A stretch of DNA of 49,372 nt, from NCBI RefSeq assembly GCF_001194135.2, contig NC_068981.1, positions 58,676,251-58,725,622 on the forward strand, read 5' to 3'. This document shows, in pieces, positions 47,473 to 49,372 of the stretch. The stretch comes from Octopus bimaculoides. Lineage: Eukaryota. Both the position numbers and the translations under genes were made by a program. Numbering within the stretch: position 1 is the stretch's first letter; each line of letters begins with the position of its first letter. The notes beneath the pieces are model-generated. The model was not told the origin of the DNA. It saw only the letters and a list, made by a program, of their open reading frames with translations, and searched no databases.

Positions 47473-49082
47473 CTGGAACATAAAAATAGTAAAAAGGTAA
47501 GCATTTCAAAGAGAGTATGGTATACCATAGAACAAGATGGAAATAACAAATGATATACAGTCAAACAAAATAATAATAAACTTGATACTGTCATTGCAGC
47601 TAAGTTTCTAGGAAACTTATATTTTAGTAGTGTTTGAAAATATTTTTAGTGCAAGTTTCTACCAAGTATTTTCTTTAATTTGGTTATTGAATGGATTTGT
47701 ATCTAAAGCAAAGACTTATAAAATAGACTTAAAGACTTATAAAAAGAACTGTATTACATAAAAAATATGATGAAATTTCTGCTCCTTAATTCCTTTCACT
47801 CCCAAAACACACACACACACTTTCTCAGAGTTGGCTGATTTTCTCTGTTACTATGTGTGCTTGATGACAAAGAACTGCAAGTGGAGAGATAGTATGAGAT
47901 CCACTAGCATAGGAAAATAGATGGTAAAAGATGAAGTGTATCATGTTCAAATGGGTCATTGATTTAAAAATTATTTCATTAACCTACAGTTATTATTTTT
48001 AACATTCTTTCAAATCATTTTGTTATTGTTGTGCTCCCCCGCTACACAATAGAAGTTTAGTGTTTGGCAATTTTGATAGCTTCAACTGAATTGACCTCAT
48101 CTTTAAATTTCTGGGAAGGAATGTGCCTCATGCCAGTTTGGTAGAACAATTTGCATTCCATTTGGGATATCATTTCATATTGAAAACACTGCTCTATTGG
48201 AACTCACTGCATTGCTTAATTAATCTGTTATTGTTAAATATCTCTTGGTTCTTTAAACAACTTTTTGGGAAGTAACAACCACTCTCTATATTATTAAATG
48301 CCATCAAATCCTCCAACTGAAATTTTCAAACTAATGAGAAGAAAAAAGATTTCAAAATGGTGTGAATAAGCTTTTAAGTTTTAAGAATTTTAAATCTACC
48401 AGTCAGTGTAGAATTGTGTCAAAATACTTTGACATGTTATCACTAGAAGCTATTTGTAGATATTTGTTTTGTACTTCCATATTGTTTTATGTTGTTTTAC
48501 CAACAACATTCTAGTGTCCCAATACAGCAACAACCTAGTGAATGAAATCAGTAAAAGAGTAAAAGGAAGTAGTATTGAAATAAATATAAATAATGAACAA
48601 ATTGCACATGCTGCCTATATAGATATATAATTTTGCTATAATCTGACCATGCTATATATTTATTAACAATGTGAATATTTTCATTGTCAAGCAAGATATC
48701 TACTTTATATAATGAGAAATATTTAATTTTTGACATCAATTAATTTAAATTTTGAAACTTTCACCATTTTGCACTGAGGTTGGAGAATGTAACCTGTGTA
48801 TCCCTGCTAGTTGCTCTTTGAAGATTGATTATGTTTGGTAGTCTTAAAATTCTGGATGCTGGATGGAAAAGTGAGTTCTCAGGTTCTGTGGTAAGATGCC
48901 ATGGACGTCCAGTTGTTTGTGTCCATATTATATTCTTTAAAGGTTGATCAGGAGTCAATTTCAGTATATATTTTTGGGTCTACCTCCAACTCTATTCACT
49001 ATATCTTTTTATAGCTAAATTGAATGTATAAACTTTTTCCACAAAATTTGTATGAAATGATTTCTCAGAGGCATCAATATAT

Positions 49083-49372
49083 ATCATCATCATCATCATC
49101 ATCGTTTAACGTCCGCTTTCCATGCTAGCATGGGTTGGACGATTTGACTGAGGACTGGTGAAACCGGATGGCAACACCAGGCTCCAATCTAATTTGGCAG
49201 AGTTTCTACAGCTGGATGCCCTTCCTAACGCCAACCACTCAGAGAGTGTAGTGGGTGCTTTTACGTGTCACCCGCACGAAAACGGCCACGCTCGAAATGG
49301 TGTCTTTTATGTGCCACCCGCACAAGCCAGTCCAGGGGCACTGGCAACGACCTCGCTCGAAAATCCTACGGG
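49083..49372 (-). mobile_element. Family A copy with ~65-bp units, truncated by the window edge
   Basis: (ATC)n tail and near-identity to 19787-20131. Confidence 0.88.

Noticed and set aside
47473-49082. Search for the next upstream AGXT2 exon (HTT..YLHP..HEYAE..L-like)
   Set aside because: No matching peptide flanked by splice sites was found; it presumably lies beyond the window.

Overview
AT-rich eukaryotic genomic DNA from an N-gapped draft scaffold. The repeat families look like those of octopus/cephalopod genomes; this is an inference from pattern recognition, not a database result. Two intron-containing genes lie in tandem on the minus strand. A complete NUDCD1 has 9 coding exons (19501->3760, 604 aa). 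The 3' two-thirds of AGXT2 has 10 coding exons (47472->26849, 353 aa); its upstream exons lie beyond the window. All junctions are GT-AG with consistent phases. The rest is a dense layer of mobile DNA: a 5'-truncated Mag-like Ty3/gypsy element with its 3' LTR inside a 9.7-kb AGXT2 intron, a DD37D (maT) Tc1/mariner, a pogo-like element, a hAT-like MITE, Helitron/Helentron-like termini, RTE and CR1/L2-like LINE remnants, at least four SINE or SINE-like families, and micro/minisatellites. I found no CRISPR, rRNA, genuine tRNA or prokaryotic system, and no clear new biological system. The best leads are a 47-bp-arm intronic fold-back, a SINE-borne candidate poison exon in AGXT2, TE packing around NUDCD1 exon 6, and a LINE/SINE shared tail with variable ~65-bp arrays next to the NUDCD1 promoter.
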